Source: Ignavibacteriota bacterium
GTDB lineage: Bacteria > Bacteroidota > Ignavibacteria > UBA10030 > CAVZMI01
DNA: 64,000 nucleotides
Reading direction: 5' to 3'
Assembly: GCA_963776275.1 (NCBI GenBank)
Contig: CAVZMI010000023.1
Location: 96,001-160,000 of the forward strand
The position numbers were made by a program, and so were the translations under genes. Positions 1 to 10,663 of the stretch are shown here, in pieces (the stretch's first letter is position 1; the number at the start of each line of letters is the position of its first letter). The notes under the pieces are model-generated. The model had not been told where the DNA came from. It searched no databases and saw nothing but the letters and a program-made list of their open reading frames with translations.

Positions 1-386
1 GTGGTATTAATATCGAAAATGTTAAAGGAAGTACGATTGCAAATACCTCGGGAGGTAATCTTGATCTTGAAGAAATCGAGGGGAAGATTGATGCTTACAC
101 GTCGGGTGGAAATATCTACGCAAGGATACGCGGTTCCAACGAAGGGATACTCATGCGAACATCCGGCGGCTCGATTACACTTGAAGTGCCTCTGACGATT
201 TCTGCCGATGTCGATGCATCGACATCGGGTGGAAGTGTCCAGTGTGATTTGCCTATCAGTGTTCGCGGGAAGATGGATGAAGATGAAGTGACGGGAAAGA
301 TCAATGGTGGGGGGAACATCGTTCGCCTGAGAACTTCCGGAGGCAATATCCACATCCGGGGCATGCAATCCCCAGAAAAACATTGA
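1..386 (+). CDS. DUF4097-family beta-strand repeat protein, 5'-truncated by window edge
   Basis: Frame 3 is open from the window start (GINIENVKGSTIANTSGGNLDLEEIEGKIDAYTSGGNIYARI...) and continues into ORF 153..386; repeated TSGG-x-I motifs. Confidence 0.8.
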   Translation, partial: GINIENVKGSTIANTSGGNLDLEEIEGKIDAYTSGGNIYARIRGSNEGILMRTSGGSITLEVPLTISADVDASTSGGSVQCDLPISVRGKMDEDEVTGKINGGGNIVRLRTSGGNIHIRGMQSPEKH

Positions 387-409
387 AATACCCGTGATGG
401 GGTATTTTT
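386..409. terminator. Probable bidirectional intrinsic terminator between convergent genes
   Basis: aaataccc-gtgatg-gggtattttt hairpin with A/T tails. Confidence 0.5.
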
Positions 410-1885
410 ATCGGCGGAATGAGCAGAGTGCAACGGTGAGGGAATCCTGCATATTTCGGTAAGGCTTTGCAGATCCGGTGTAGTTTTCCATCATGAACGA
501 AAAGGCAAGCGTTTCTCCATTGGCGGCGATAGCGTACCCTGAAAGAGAGCTTACCGCAGTAAGTGTTCCGGTTTTTGCATATACCTTCCCTTCGGCAGAT
601 GTATCGTTCATCCTGAAGTGAAGGTTCCCGGATTCCCCGGCAATAGGAAGGGTTTGCCGGAACATCTCGCCAAGCTGCCTTTCTTTTGATGCATTACCTC
701 CAGGAGGCGAATTATCGTCTCGGGACTCACCAGATTATAAAATGAAAGGCCCGAACCGTCAACGATACTAAGGCGCGTCGAATCGATTCCAATTGAAATC
801 AGCCAGTTATTGAGTTCTGCCAGTCCGCCGGCAGTGGAACCGCGCTCTTTTCTCTTTTCCGCGGCGATGGTTTTCACAAGATTTTCTGCCGCAAGATTAT
901 CGCTGCTCCTGTTCATTGCTATCAGAACCGTATCAAGCCTACGTGAATATTCTGCAAGTAAGAGTCTACGGGACGGGATAGTATCTATCCGTATGTTTCC
1001 ACCGAACACGATACCGGCATGCCGGAGCTCTTCTTTGAAGAGTGTCAACGTATACATCTCGGGTTGCCAAACGTTGATTTTTTTTCGTACGATGGAAGCC
1101 GTATTGGGGATTGAACCGCGGACGATGATCGTGTTTAATTCCGGTCGTACCTGTCGGGTGATTTCGAGGGTGAATTGACTGCTGTCCGAGCCCGTGATTC
1201 CTTCATTCCGGATCGTGACATATGATGTTTGCGGTGTCACAGTAATCCATGCCAGTTTCCCCGGCGTCGAATTTGGAGTAACCGATATGATAATACAATT
1301 CTTGTTTATACTTAGCGGTGAAATATGCATTGCGTCACTTGATGGATCATCATCCCACATCCACCCGGACCCCCATTCCCTGTCATCAAAATAAGTTACA
1401 TCGCCTATAAGATCACCTCTAATCTTGCGTATTCCTTTTGCCTGTATTTGCTGAACCATTTCCCGAAGGTCGTTTGAAGTAAGGTCGGGATCACCCGATC
1501 CTTTTATATAAAGGTTTCCTTTGATGACTGTCGAATCGTGAAGTGAGTCAGTGAATATCTGTGTCGCAAAAACAAAATCTTTTCCAATAGTGTTAAGCGC
1601 CAATGCCGTCGTAAAAAGTTTTGTGTTCGACGCGGGATGAAAGAGTTTTTTACTGTTCAGATCATACAGGACATCACCGCGTGTGAGGGAAACGATTTTT
1701 ATTCCAACCTGCGCAGGGATAAAAATGCTGTCGCTCAGCAATCGGTCAATCGTATTCTGGAATTGACGTTCAGGTGTTGGAGGTGGAGTTGGAATTGGAA
1801 CTGGAATTGGAAGCGGACGGACAGTACTGCATGATAAAAAAATACCGGTACAGATAATAAAGTAAAGAATTCTGGTCAAGCTCAT
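408..1885 (-). CDS. dacB: D-Ala-D-Ala carboxypeptidase/endopeptidase (PBP4, peptidase S13), lipoprotein; split by one frameshift near 685-688
   Basis: PASNTK (SxxK), SDN (SxN) and DGSGLS in ORF 608..1885; AKTGTL in ORF 408..665; adding one A to an A4 run joins the frames. Confidence 0.9.
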
Positions 1886-1891
1886 TATTGA

Positions 1892-3360
1892 TCAACCAGT
1901 CGATTTGTTCCGGGTATAGTTGGCCAGAATAATACCGATTCTATCCTGAATCGATTTGCACCGGCGTCTGCCTCGACCGAAATCGTTTGAGATCATTGAA
2001 AACACAAGAATTTCTCCATCGGCTGAGGTGACGTATCCGGCCATTGATGTAACGCCGCTCAGTGTTCCGGTTTTTGCATGAAGATTATTTTCTGCGTCGG
2101 TACCAAGCATCCGTCGTCGGAGGGTACCATCAACTCCTGCAGTCGCCAGAGATTGATAGAAATAGTCAAAAATATTCTTTCGCTGGTACATGGTTCGAAG
2201 GACGGCGATAAGGATGTCAGAGCTGATCTGGTCACTGTGGGAAATACCGGAACCGTCGTGGATCTCGTAATCGGTCTGAGAAATACCCAGTTCCCCGAGA
2301 AACTGTCGTATTACACTCAGACCTGCTGCTGCGCTTCCTGGAGTACCGCGAACCTCAGCGCCAAGGACTTTCAACATCATTTCGGCGGCGAAATTGTTGC
2401 TGCGTTTATTCATTATCGTTATGATATCGGTAATCGGTGTTTCGTTGGCCAGGAGTTCTTTTACATGCTTCGGGGTCTTTCCAAGACGGACTGTTCCTTC
2501 GACCCTGATACCTTCTTCTTCGAGTGCTGCTTTGAGGATCATGCCGGCATACCATGCAGGACGCTTGACCGGGACGGTGTACGTTCGCCAACCGGTTCCT
2601 GCTCTCATTTTGCCGGTAATATAAAGTGTCGGATTTTCGTCGTTCCATTCGATTCGGATCGAAGGACGGACACGATATATGGTGTGAACCGAAACCGCAT
2701 TGTTTTCAATTCGGAGTGAAGATAAATATGGTGTTGTACTGACTTGAATTTTCTGTCCCGCCTTTAACGGAGCCGAGACCATGACAGCGATTGAATTCTC
2801 TTCGATAGATAGCCCGCTCATGAGAGGTGTTTTAATGGATGTATATTCGTCAGACCAGTCCTTTCTATCATATAGCCCATCGAGGAATGATTCATCTGCA
2901 ATGATATCACCGGAGATCGATTCAATCCCGGTAGTCCGGAGATACTTCACCATTTGTTTTAAATGATCAGCCGTCAGGTAGGGATCGCCTCCCCCCGGAG
3001 ATACAAATTCCCCATAACTCTGCCGAGCAAGACCGTCGAATCTTCGATTGCGATTGACGTACGGAATTTATAGTTTGGTCCAAGTTTCGCGAGCGCTGTT
3101 GCCGAGGTGATAAGTTTCATTGTGGAAGCGGGGGTCATCGGTATGCCGCTGTTACGGCTGTATAAGACGTTACCGTCTTCAGCAGCGATGATTTTGACGG
3201 ATGTCCCCACAAGTCTTGATGAAGTCCGAAAGAGTCTGTCGAGTGAGGGCTCGAGTGCAGCTGATGACGAACGGCCTGAACTCCCCGGTTTTGTAAAACA
3301 AAGCGATGTTGTAAGACTCATGACAAAGATCAGGTAGAGAAGAGATCTTGTCATTGTCAT
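1892..3360 (-). CDS. dacB: Second PBP4/S13 paralogue; frameshift in G6 run at 2991-2996
   Basis: PASTMK in ORF 2974..3429; SNN, DGSGIS and AKTGTL in ORF 1892..2953; one extra G restores LRGGGDPYLT; start chosen at ATG 3360 behind GAGGT. Confidence 0.9.
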
Positions 3361-3445
3361 AGTCACCTCTATGAATTGCTTGAAAGATACAATTTTATTA
3401 TATTTTACATGAAAATAAATCAGATGCAACTATTATTTTCTTTGA

Positions 3446-4804
3446 ATGAATAAAGTTCTTTTCAGTTTAGTATTCCCGTGCAACCTGCTCTTTGCTCAAG
3501 TCGAACTCAGCATCTCTTTCGATCAATTTTCTCAAGAGGTTGGTAATATTTTTTCGCCTGATCAGATAGCCTTTGTCCGCGAGCGTCTTCCTCCCCAGCA
3601 CGATATCTATGGTTTTGCGATCGGTGATTTTTCGGGAGATTACCTACCCGATCTTGCCATATCCGTCCGTACGAAAGAACTCAAAGGTAAGAAAATGAAA
3701 GTATACTATTTTGTCAGTGATGAGGAACAATTGCTTGAAGTCCGCCGGAATATCCTCGAATTTTACGATGTTCCGATTGAAATTGGATTTACGATCGAAA
3801 ATGGGATTTGCTACACAACCCAAAAAAAAGGGAGAAACTATTGGACGATCCGCGGGTATACATACCGCGAAGGGAATTTCTTTTTGGTAGATTCGTATGA
3901 AAGTACAAGAAAATATATCCGTGGAAGCGGTGGCTCGGAAGTCGGTTACGAAACGACCACAAATTATCGGGCGCTTAGCACAAGCGAACATTATTACAGC
4001 CTTGGGAGCGGACAATCGTATCTGGATGCACAGTATTATACTTTCCCGGCATATCCCATCGAACGAAACATTCATCCGTTTCTATACTACGTAGTTCGCG
4101 ATACCGCAATGAAACATATCATTTCGGGAAAAGAATACTGGAGAGGACGGTTCGATGCCGGGTTTGAATCAGCGGCGTTCTACGATGATGCATTTTTATA
4201 TGTTTTTGCATGGGTAATCGATGATACGGTGGAAACACAATCACAACAATGGGAGGAGTGTGATCATGTTCAGCTCTGGTTTGATCTGAATGAAACGGGA
4301 AAGCTCGCCAACAGTAAGACTGCGACTCCGAATTTCCGCGTTATTCCTGATGATGATGTTCTTATGGTCGCGATTGCACCGGTGAATGGCGAGGAGGATC
4401 AGCAAAGAGTAAAAGTGATTTTCCGGAATGATACTATTTCACAGAATGTATCTGAGTATTCGTCTCAGACAGTACGACTGGATGCAATAAATGAAATTAG
4501 GGTTCTGGCAGACCGGACCATTGACGGGTATGCGCTTCGGATCAGGATTCCCTTCGGACTGTTTGGAGGAATTGAACGCTTACATAAGCCGATTGGTTAT
4601 TCCCTTGTGCTCCACGATGTTGATGGTCATGACAGCACCGCCCATGTCACCGAACTAGCGACGTCGTTATTCAGGGAATGGAATCCGTCGACATTCGGCG
4701 TACTCAGATTGATGTTTGATAATAATTATTATGGCGAGGTTATTGATCTCAATATGGCTGAAATGATAAGGAAACTCAGCAATGTAGGAATTGATGTCAT
4801 GTAG
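3446..4804 (+). CDS. Secreted hypothetical protein with FG-GAP-like N-terminal motif and CBM9/DOMON-like C-terminal domain
   Basis: Signal peptide; GDFSGDYLPDLAI; YDDAFLYVFAWVIDD...DHVQLWFD...GYALRIRIPF pattern. Confidence 0.6.
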   Translation: MNKVLFSLVFPCNLLFAQVELSISFDQFSQEVGNIFSPDQIAFVRERLPPQHDIYGFAIGDFSGDYLPDLAISVRTKELKGKKMKVYYFVSDEEQLLEVRRNILEFYDVPIEIGFTIENGICYTTQKKGRNYWTIRGYTYREGNFFLVDSYESTRKYIRGSGGSEVGYETTTNYRALSTSEHYYSLGSGQSYLDAQYYTFPAYPIERNIHPFLYYVVRDTAMKHIISGKEYWRGRFDAGFESAAFYDDAFLYVFAWVIDDTVETQSQQWEECDHVQLWFDLNETGKLANSKTATPNFRVIPDDDVLMVAIAPVNGEEDQQRVKVIFRNDTISQNVSEYSSQTVRLDAINEIRVLADRTIDGYALRIRIPFGLFGGIERLHKPIGYSLVLHDVDGHDSTAHVTELATSLFREWNPSTFGVLRLMFDNNYYGEVIDLNMAEMIRKLSNVGIDVM

Positions 4805-4867
4805 TCACATTGTTTTTCAATACACGAATGGTTATATTGAAAAGAATTTTTATTCGCGATAGGACCT

Positions 4868-7800
4868 ATGTTCCAATTTCTTGCAAGATTATTCGGCAGT
4901 AAGGGCGAGCGGGATATCGGCGTGTTACTGCCTGTGGTTGATCAGATCAATGCAGAATTTGAAAAGCTTGCATCGTGTTCTGATGATGAATTGCGGGCAA
5001 AGACCCAGGAATTCCGGCAGCGGATACAGAACGAGACCGCCGAATACGAGAAACATACGGCTGAGTTACAGGAACGGCTCAAGCAAGATATTCCTCATAA
5101 AGAACGGGAGGAAATACTAGAAGAGATTCAAGAGACCGAGAAGGAACTCTATGAGATGACGCAGGATATTCTCAATGAAATCCTTCCCCAGGCGTTTGCT
5201 GTCGTCAAAGAAACCTGCCGCCGCCTTGTCGGCCAATCATGGGATGTCGCCGGTACAAAAATGATGTGGGACATGGTTCCATTTGATGTTCAACTGATCG
5301 GTGGTATTGTACTCCACCAGGGAAAAATCGCTGAAATGGCGACTGGTGAAGGAAAAACACTCGTAGCAACCCTTCCTACATATCTTAATGCACTTCCCGG
5401 CAAGGGGATTCATATCGTTACTGTGAATGACTATCTTGCCCTCCGTGATTCCGAATGGATGGGAAAGATCTTTGAATTCCACGGGTTGACTGTCGGCTGT
5501 ATTCAATCCCAGATGGATCCGCACCAGCGCCGACATCATTATAATTGCGATATTACCTACGGGACAAACAATGAATTTGGATTCGATTACCTCCGTGATA
5601 ATATGGTAATAGATCCGGAAGAATTAGTACAACGCGGTCATAATTATACCATCGTTGATGAAGTGGATTCGGTCCTTGTTGATGAGGCACGAACGCCGCT
5701 GATAATCAGCGGTCCGGTGACCCAGGAAGATCATAAATACAATGAAATGAACCCACGTGTCGAACGTTTGGTTAATGCACAACGGAATTTCATCTCGAAA
5801 ATTGTTAATGAAGCTGAACAGTTACTGGAACAGGGGAAGGAAAAAGAAGCGGGTGTTCAGTTATTGCGCGCCCATCGCGGTCTCCCCAAACACAATCGTT
5901 TGCTTAAAGTATTTGCCGAGCCGTCGAATAAGAAGCTTATGCAGGATACTGAAGGCGAATATTTGCGCGAACAGGAACGCCGTATGCATGAGATTGACGA
6001 TGAACTTTATTTCAGCATCGACGAGCGAAACCACATGATCAGTCTCACCGAAAAGGGGCGCGAATTTCTCGCAACGAGCGAAGACAAGGAATTTTTCGTG
6101 CTTCCAGACCTCGGTACGGAGGTCAGTGTCATCGAACATGATGATTCGCTCACTCCTGAACAAAAACTCGAGAAAAAAGACGGGTTCAACCAGCTTTATG
6201 CTGAGCGAAGCGACCGTATACATACAGTCACACAGCTTCTGCGGGCATACGCGTTATATGAGAAGGATGATGAGTATGTCGTGACCGATGATGGAAAGGT
6301 GATGATAGTCGATGAGTTTACCGGCCGGCTTCTGCAGGGAAGACGATATTCCGACGGACTTCACCAGGCAATCGAGGCGAAAGAAGGGGTGAAAGTCGAA
6401 CGGGATATGCAAACCCTTGCCACGATTACGCTTCAAAATTATTTCCGCTTATATAAAAAGCTTGCCGGTATGACAGGGACTGCAGTTACCGAAGCCGCTG
6501 AATTTTTCGATATCTATAAACTTGATGTTGTTATCGTGCCGACAAATAAACCGGTGGTACGGCAGGATGAGAATGATTTTGTCTATAAAACAAAGCGGGA
6601 AAAATATAATGCAGTGATCGATGAAATAGAAAACCTGCGGAAAAAAGGGCAGCCGTTACTGGTCGGTACGACAAGCGTCGATGTTTCCGAGACTCTCAGC
6701 AGGATGTTGAAACGAAAAGGAATTCCGCATAATGTATTGAATGCAAAACAGCATCAACGTGAAGCAGAAATTATTGCTCATGCAGGTCTGCAGGGCTCGG
6801 TGACGATCGCAACCAATATGGCGGGTCGCGGTACAGATATTAAACTCGGACCCGGTGTCAAAGAGGTTGGCGGACTGCACATTATTGGCACAGAACGGCA
6901 TGAAGCACGGCGGATTGATCGGCAGCTTCGAGGACGCTCAGGCCGTCAGGGAGATCCTGGATCTTCACGTTTCTATCTATCACTCGAAGACGATTTGATG
7001 CGTCTGTTTGGAAGCGAACGGATAGCGAAGATTATGGAACGCCTCGGTTTGAAAGAAGGTGAGGTCATACAACACGGCATGATCACACGTTCGATCGAGA
7101 GGGCGCAAAAAAAGGTTGAAGAGAATAATTTCGGGATCCGAAAAAGACTGCTTGAATATGACAACGTCATGAATCAACAGCGTGAAGTGGTGTATGCCCG
7201 GCGCCGGCATGCATTGATGGGCGAACGGCTGAAAGACGAAATTCTCGATATGACATCAGACTGGATTCTCGCATCGGTGAACAAGTATTACAAGGAAGGC
7301 GAGATTGAGGAATTGTGCAATGAAGTACGAGCGATGTTGCTGATTGATATAAAATTTACACCCGAGGAATTCCAGAAGCTCGGACCCGATGGCATAAGCT
7401 CGAAGATTTTTACTGCGTCGGAAGATTTCTATAAGAGAAAAGAGGAACGCATCGGAACTGAAATGATGGCGAATCTGGAGCGGATGGTGACACTTCAGGT
7501 TATCGACGAGCGATGGAAAGAGCACCTGCGTGAGATGGACGATTTGAAGGAGGGCATCAATCTCCGCGCTTACGGCCAGAAAGATCCGGTTCTTGAGTAC
7601 AAAGGCGAAGCCTTCAATATGTTTGCACAAATGATCGAAATGATTAACACCGAGGTGTTGGGAATGGTCTATAAACTTTTCCCGGCCACTCCGGAACAAG
7701 TACAGGTTCGACGCCCCTCACGTGCTCCGCGTCAAATGATGATGACGCACGAAGAAAGTCTGGGCTTGGGTTTCCAGGGGAATCGGGCGCCGGCACCGAG

Positions 7801-7927
7801 TGGGAACGTGGAAGGACGACCGAGAGCCGGGAAGCAACAACCGGTCCGTGTCGACGAGAAAATCGGGCGAAATGATCCGTGCCCGTGTGGAAGCGGGAAA
7901 AAATATAAAAACTGCCATGGGAGGTAA
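4868..7927 (+). CDS. secA: Preprotein translocase ATPase SecA
   Basis: MATGEGKT, DEVDSVLVDEARTPLIISG, ATNMAGRGTDI, RIDRQLRGRSGRQGDPG, C-terminal SEC-C motif RNDPCPCGSGKKYKNCH. Confidence 0.99.
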   Translation: MFQFLARLFGSKGERDIGVLLPVVDQINAEFEKLASCSDDELRAKTQEFRQRIQNETAEYEKHTAELQERLKQDIPHKEREEILEEIQETEKELYEMTQDILNEILPQAFAVVKETCRRLVGQSWDVAGTKMMWDMVPFDVQLIGGIVLHQGKIAEMATGEGKTLVATLPTYLNALPGKGIHIVTVNDYLALRDSEWMGKIFEFHGLTVGCIQSQMDPHQRRHHYNCDITYGTNNEFGFDYLRDNMVIDPEELVQRGHNYTIVDEVDSVLVDEARTPLIISGPVTQEDHKYNEMNPRVERLVNAQRNFISKIVNEAEQLLEQGKEKEAGVQLLRAHRGLPKHNRLLKVFAEPSNKKLMQDTEGEYLREQERRMHEIDDELYFSIDERNHMISLTEKGREFLATSEDKEFFVLPDLGTEVSVIEHDDSLTPEQKLEKKDGFNQLYAERSDRIHTVTQLLRAYALYEKDDEYVVTDDGKVMIVDEFTGRLLQGRRYSDGLHQAIEAKEGVKVERDMQTLATITLQNYFRLYKKLAGMTGTAVTEAAEFFDIYKLDVVIVPTNKPVVRQDENDFVYKTKREKYNAVIDEIENLRKKGQPLLVGTTSVDVSETLSRMLKRKGIPHNVLNAKQHQREAEIIAHAGLQGSVTIATNMAGRGTDIKLGPGVKEVGGLHIIGTERHEARRIDRQLRGRSGRQGDPGSSRFYLSLEDDLMRLFGSERIAKIMERLGLKEGEVIQHGMITRSIERAQKKVEENNFGIRKRLLEYDNVMNQQREVVYARRRHALMGERLKDEILDMTSDWILASVNKYYKEGEIEELCNEVRAMLLIDIKFTPEEFQKLGPDGISSKIFTASEDFYKRKEERIGTEMMANLERMVTLQVIDERWKEHLREMDDLKEGINLRAYGQKDPVLEYKGEAFNMFAQMIEMINTEVLGMVYKLFPATPEQVQVRRPSRAPRQMMMTHEESLGLGFQGNRAPAPSGNVEGRPRAGKQQPVRVDEKIGRNDPCPCGSGKKYKNCHGR

Positions 7928-8275
<348 letters not shown>

Positions 8276-8385
8276 GCCGTTTTGTGAAAATGTTTTGCGA
8301 AGTACCACTTTTTCCCTCCTGTGTGTTTGCTGGAATCGTCGAGCAGGAATTCATCATTGAAACTCATTCTTCTTTTCGATACATT

Positions 8386-8415
8386 AAAAGCGTCAGGGTA
8401 TCCGACGCTTTTTTT
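8386..8415 (+). terminator. Intrinsic terminator after glnB
   Basis: aaaagcgtc-agggtatcc-gacgcttttttt. Confidence 0.7.
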
Positions 8416-8424
8416 ATTGTGCCA

Positions 8425-9345
8425 ATGAACGGACTGAATCAGAATATATTGTTCCACACGGGATATGTGGCCATCGTCGGTGAGCCGAATGTCGGTAAAT
8501 CGACGCTCATGAATGCCCTTGTCGGTCAAAAACTCTCAATTGTCTCCAAGAAACCTCAGACAACCCGGCGGCGCATTCTTGGTATCGTTTCCGACGAGAC
8601 ATCTCAGATTGTGTTTCTCGATACACCCGGCATTATAAAACCGAAATATCTTCTTCATGAAGCCATGATGGCATATGCCGATTCGGCGTTGAAGGATGCG
8701 AATATCATCGTTGTTCTCGTCGATGTCACGCAACCAAGGATGGAGTCGAAAAGTACGCACGATGAAATGTGGAAAAAAATCGAACATTTACAGACGCCGA
8801 TCTTCCTTCTGTTGAATAAAATTGACAGGATTGAGAAGAATAATCTACTTCCCCTGATCGAATATTACATCAAAGGATTTATTTTCAAAGAGATACTTCC
8901 GATAAGTGCGCTGAATGGAGAAGGCCTCGATGAACTTAAGGAGACACTGAAGAAATATTTGCCTGAGCACCCGCCTTTCTATCCGCCCGATATCGTCAGT
9001 GAACAACCGGAACGATTCTTTGTAAGCGAGATCATTCGGGAAAAGATATTTAACCAATTCAGCAAAGAGATTCCCTATTCAACCGAAGTGGAGGTTATAG
9101 AATTTACCGAACATCCGGCAACGAAAGATTTTATTCGCGCCGAGATTATCGTGGAGCGTTCATCTCAGAAGGGAATACTGATCGGCAAAAAAGGGGCGGC
9201 GTTAAAGCATATTGGGGAAACAGCACGACGCGACATCGAAATATTTCTTGAAAGGCCGGTGTTTCTGGAGCTGTATGTTCGTGTCCGCGAAAAATGGAGA
9301 ACTCAAGCGGTCTGGTTAAAACGCCTGGGATATCCGGCGCATTAA
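8425..9345 (+). CDS. era: GTPase Era
   Basis: GEPNVGKSTL, KPQTTR, DTPG, NKID and KH domain with SQKGILIGKKG; ATG 8425 preferred because the longer ORF runs through a terminator. Confidence 0.97.
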   Translation: MNGLNQNILFHTGYVAIVGEPNVGKSTLMNALVGQKLSIVSKKPQTTRRRILGIVSDETSQIVFLDTPGIIKPKYLLHEAMMAYADSALKDANIIVVLVDVTQPRMESKSTHDEMWKKIEHLQTPIFLLLNKIDRIEKNNLLPLIEYYIKGFIFKEILPISALNGEGLDELKETLKKYLPEHPPFYPPDIVSEQPERFFVSEIIREKIFNQFSKEIPYSTEVEVIEFTEHPATKDFIRAEIIVERSSQKGILIGKKGAALKHIGETARRDIEIFLERPVFLELYVRVREKWRTQAVWLKRLGYPAH

Positions 9346-9379
9346 TAACGACATCAACCACTTTGATGGATCGGCATTT

Positions 9380-10597
9380 ATGACTGAAATCATTCCATTT
9401 CAAGGTATCACATACAATCCAGCGGGGATTCCCCTTTCGAAAGTCATTGCACCGCCGGCCGATACGATCACACCGGAGAAGCTGACCACGTTGTTGGAAC
9501 AGCATCCGCAAAATATCACCTGGATGATATATCCTCAGGCTGACTCTTCTGCTGTGGAATCTGTCCGGATTTTCCAGGAATGGAGTTCAGAAGGGGTGCT
9601 CCTGACGGAAAAGAATCCTGTTATCTATGTTGTCGAACAGATTTTCCGTACCTCAGAGGGAAAACAGCAACGGAGACGGGGATTTATAGCACTCTGGAAA
9701 TTCGATGATCAAACCGCTACGATCAATCAATCACTCACTCGAAGTCTGGATTGGATCGGTGATACCGGAATATGGCCAACACCGCTGGTTGTTATATATG
9801 ACGATTCGACGCGAAGAATCGATCGGTATATCAGTTACGCAGTCCGATCCGTCCCGGTTGTTGATGTAACGGCCGATGATGTCCGGACAACCATGTGGAA
9901 ATTGAATGAAGGGGGAGCCATTGCCGGGATTATTCGGGAAATTAGAGAAAAACATGTTGGTGTAACCGGGGATGGAACAGATATCTCAACGGCTTGTGCA
10001 CTTAGGTCGGCGCATCCACATCATGCTGGACCTGAGCCATATAATTATGTTTCCACGCTGTTTGTCAACGCCGGCGAACCGGGTCTTGTCAGCGTTCCAA
10101 TGCATCGCATCTGTACATTTCATCGCGAATTCTCAACTGAAGATATTAAAAGTCGATTGGGACAGATCTTTACACTGACCGAACTTGAAGATAGAAATGA
10201 ATTGATTATAGGGATGGCCCAATATGGTTCACATGCTGTCGGGATAGGATTTTCTGGCGAACATCGATATTCACTTGCGGTGCTGAAAGAGCCCGTTGAT
10301 TATGAAAATCCAGATGGAGCAATACCGATAAGATATGCTCTGAAGCTTTTTGATGATGTGATTCGGACCATCAATGGTAACGGTTCGGATACTCTGAAAG
10401 TCAGATATACCAGCGATACAGTAAAAGTCTGGAATGCACTAGAATCCAGCGAAGCACAGGTTGTCTGTTTCGCGAATCCAACACCGGTGGAAACCATAGT
10501 TGCTGCGCTGTCGTCGAGACTTCCGATTCCGGAGGGAATAATAGATTTTTACCCCCATCTTCCTCTGGGATTGGTACTCCAAACATTTCATGAATGA
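9380..10597 (+). CDS. DUF1015 family protein (divergent)
   Basis: MTEIIPFQGITYN...VIAPP N-terminus, PMHR motif, FYP-x-L-x-GL C-terminus. Confidence 0.7.
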   Translation: MTEIIPFQGITYNPAGIPLSKVIAPPADTITPEKLTTLLEQHPQNITWMIYPQADSSAVESVRIFQEWSSEGVLLTEKNPVIYVVEQIFRTSEGKQQRRRGFIALWKFDDQTATINQSLTRSLDWIGDTGIWPTPLVVIYDDSTRRIDRYISYAVRSVPVVDVTADDVRTTMWKLNEGGAIAGIIREIREKHVGVTGDGTDISTACALRSAHPHHAGPEPYNYVSTLFVNAGEPGLVSVPMHRICTFHREFSTEDIKSRLGQIFTLTELEDRNELIIGMAQYGSHAVGIGFSGEHRYSLAVLKEPVDYENPDGAIPIRYALKLFDDVIRTINGNGSDTLKVRYTSDTVKVWNALESSEAQVVCFANPTPVETIVAALSSRLPIPEGIIDFYPHLPLGLVLQTFHE

Positions 10598-10663
10598 AAC
10601 TTGGATAGAAAAGATGATGTTACAATTTCTAGACGGTCCTTATAATACAAACTGATATTTTTT

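Noticed and set aside
1771-1811. Hexamer-like repeat ggaatt/ggaact in dacB
   Set aside because: It encodes an ordinary Pro-rich linker after the lipobox
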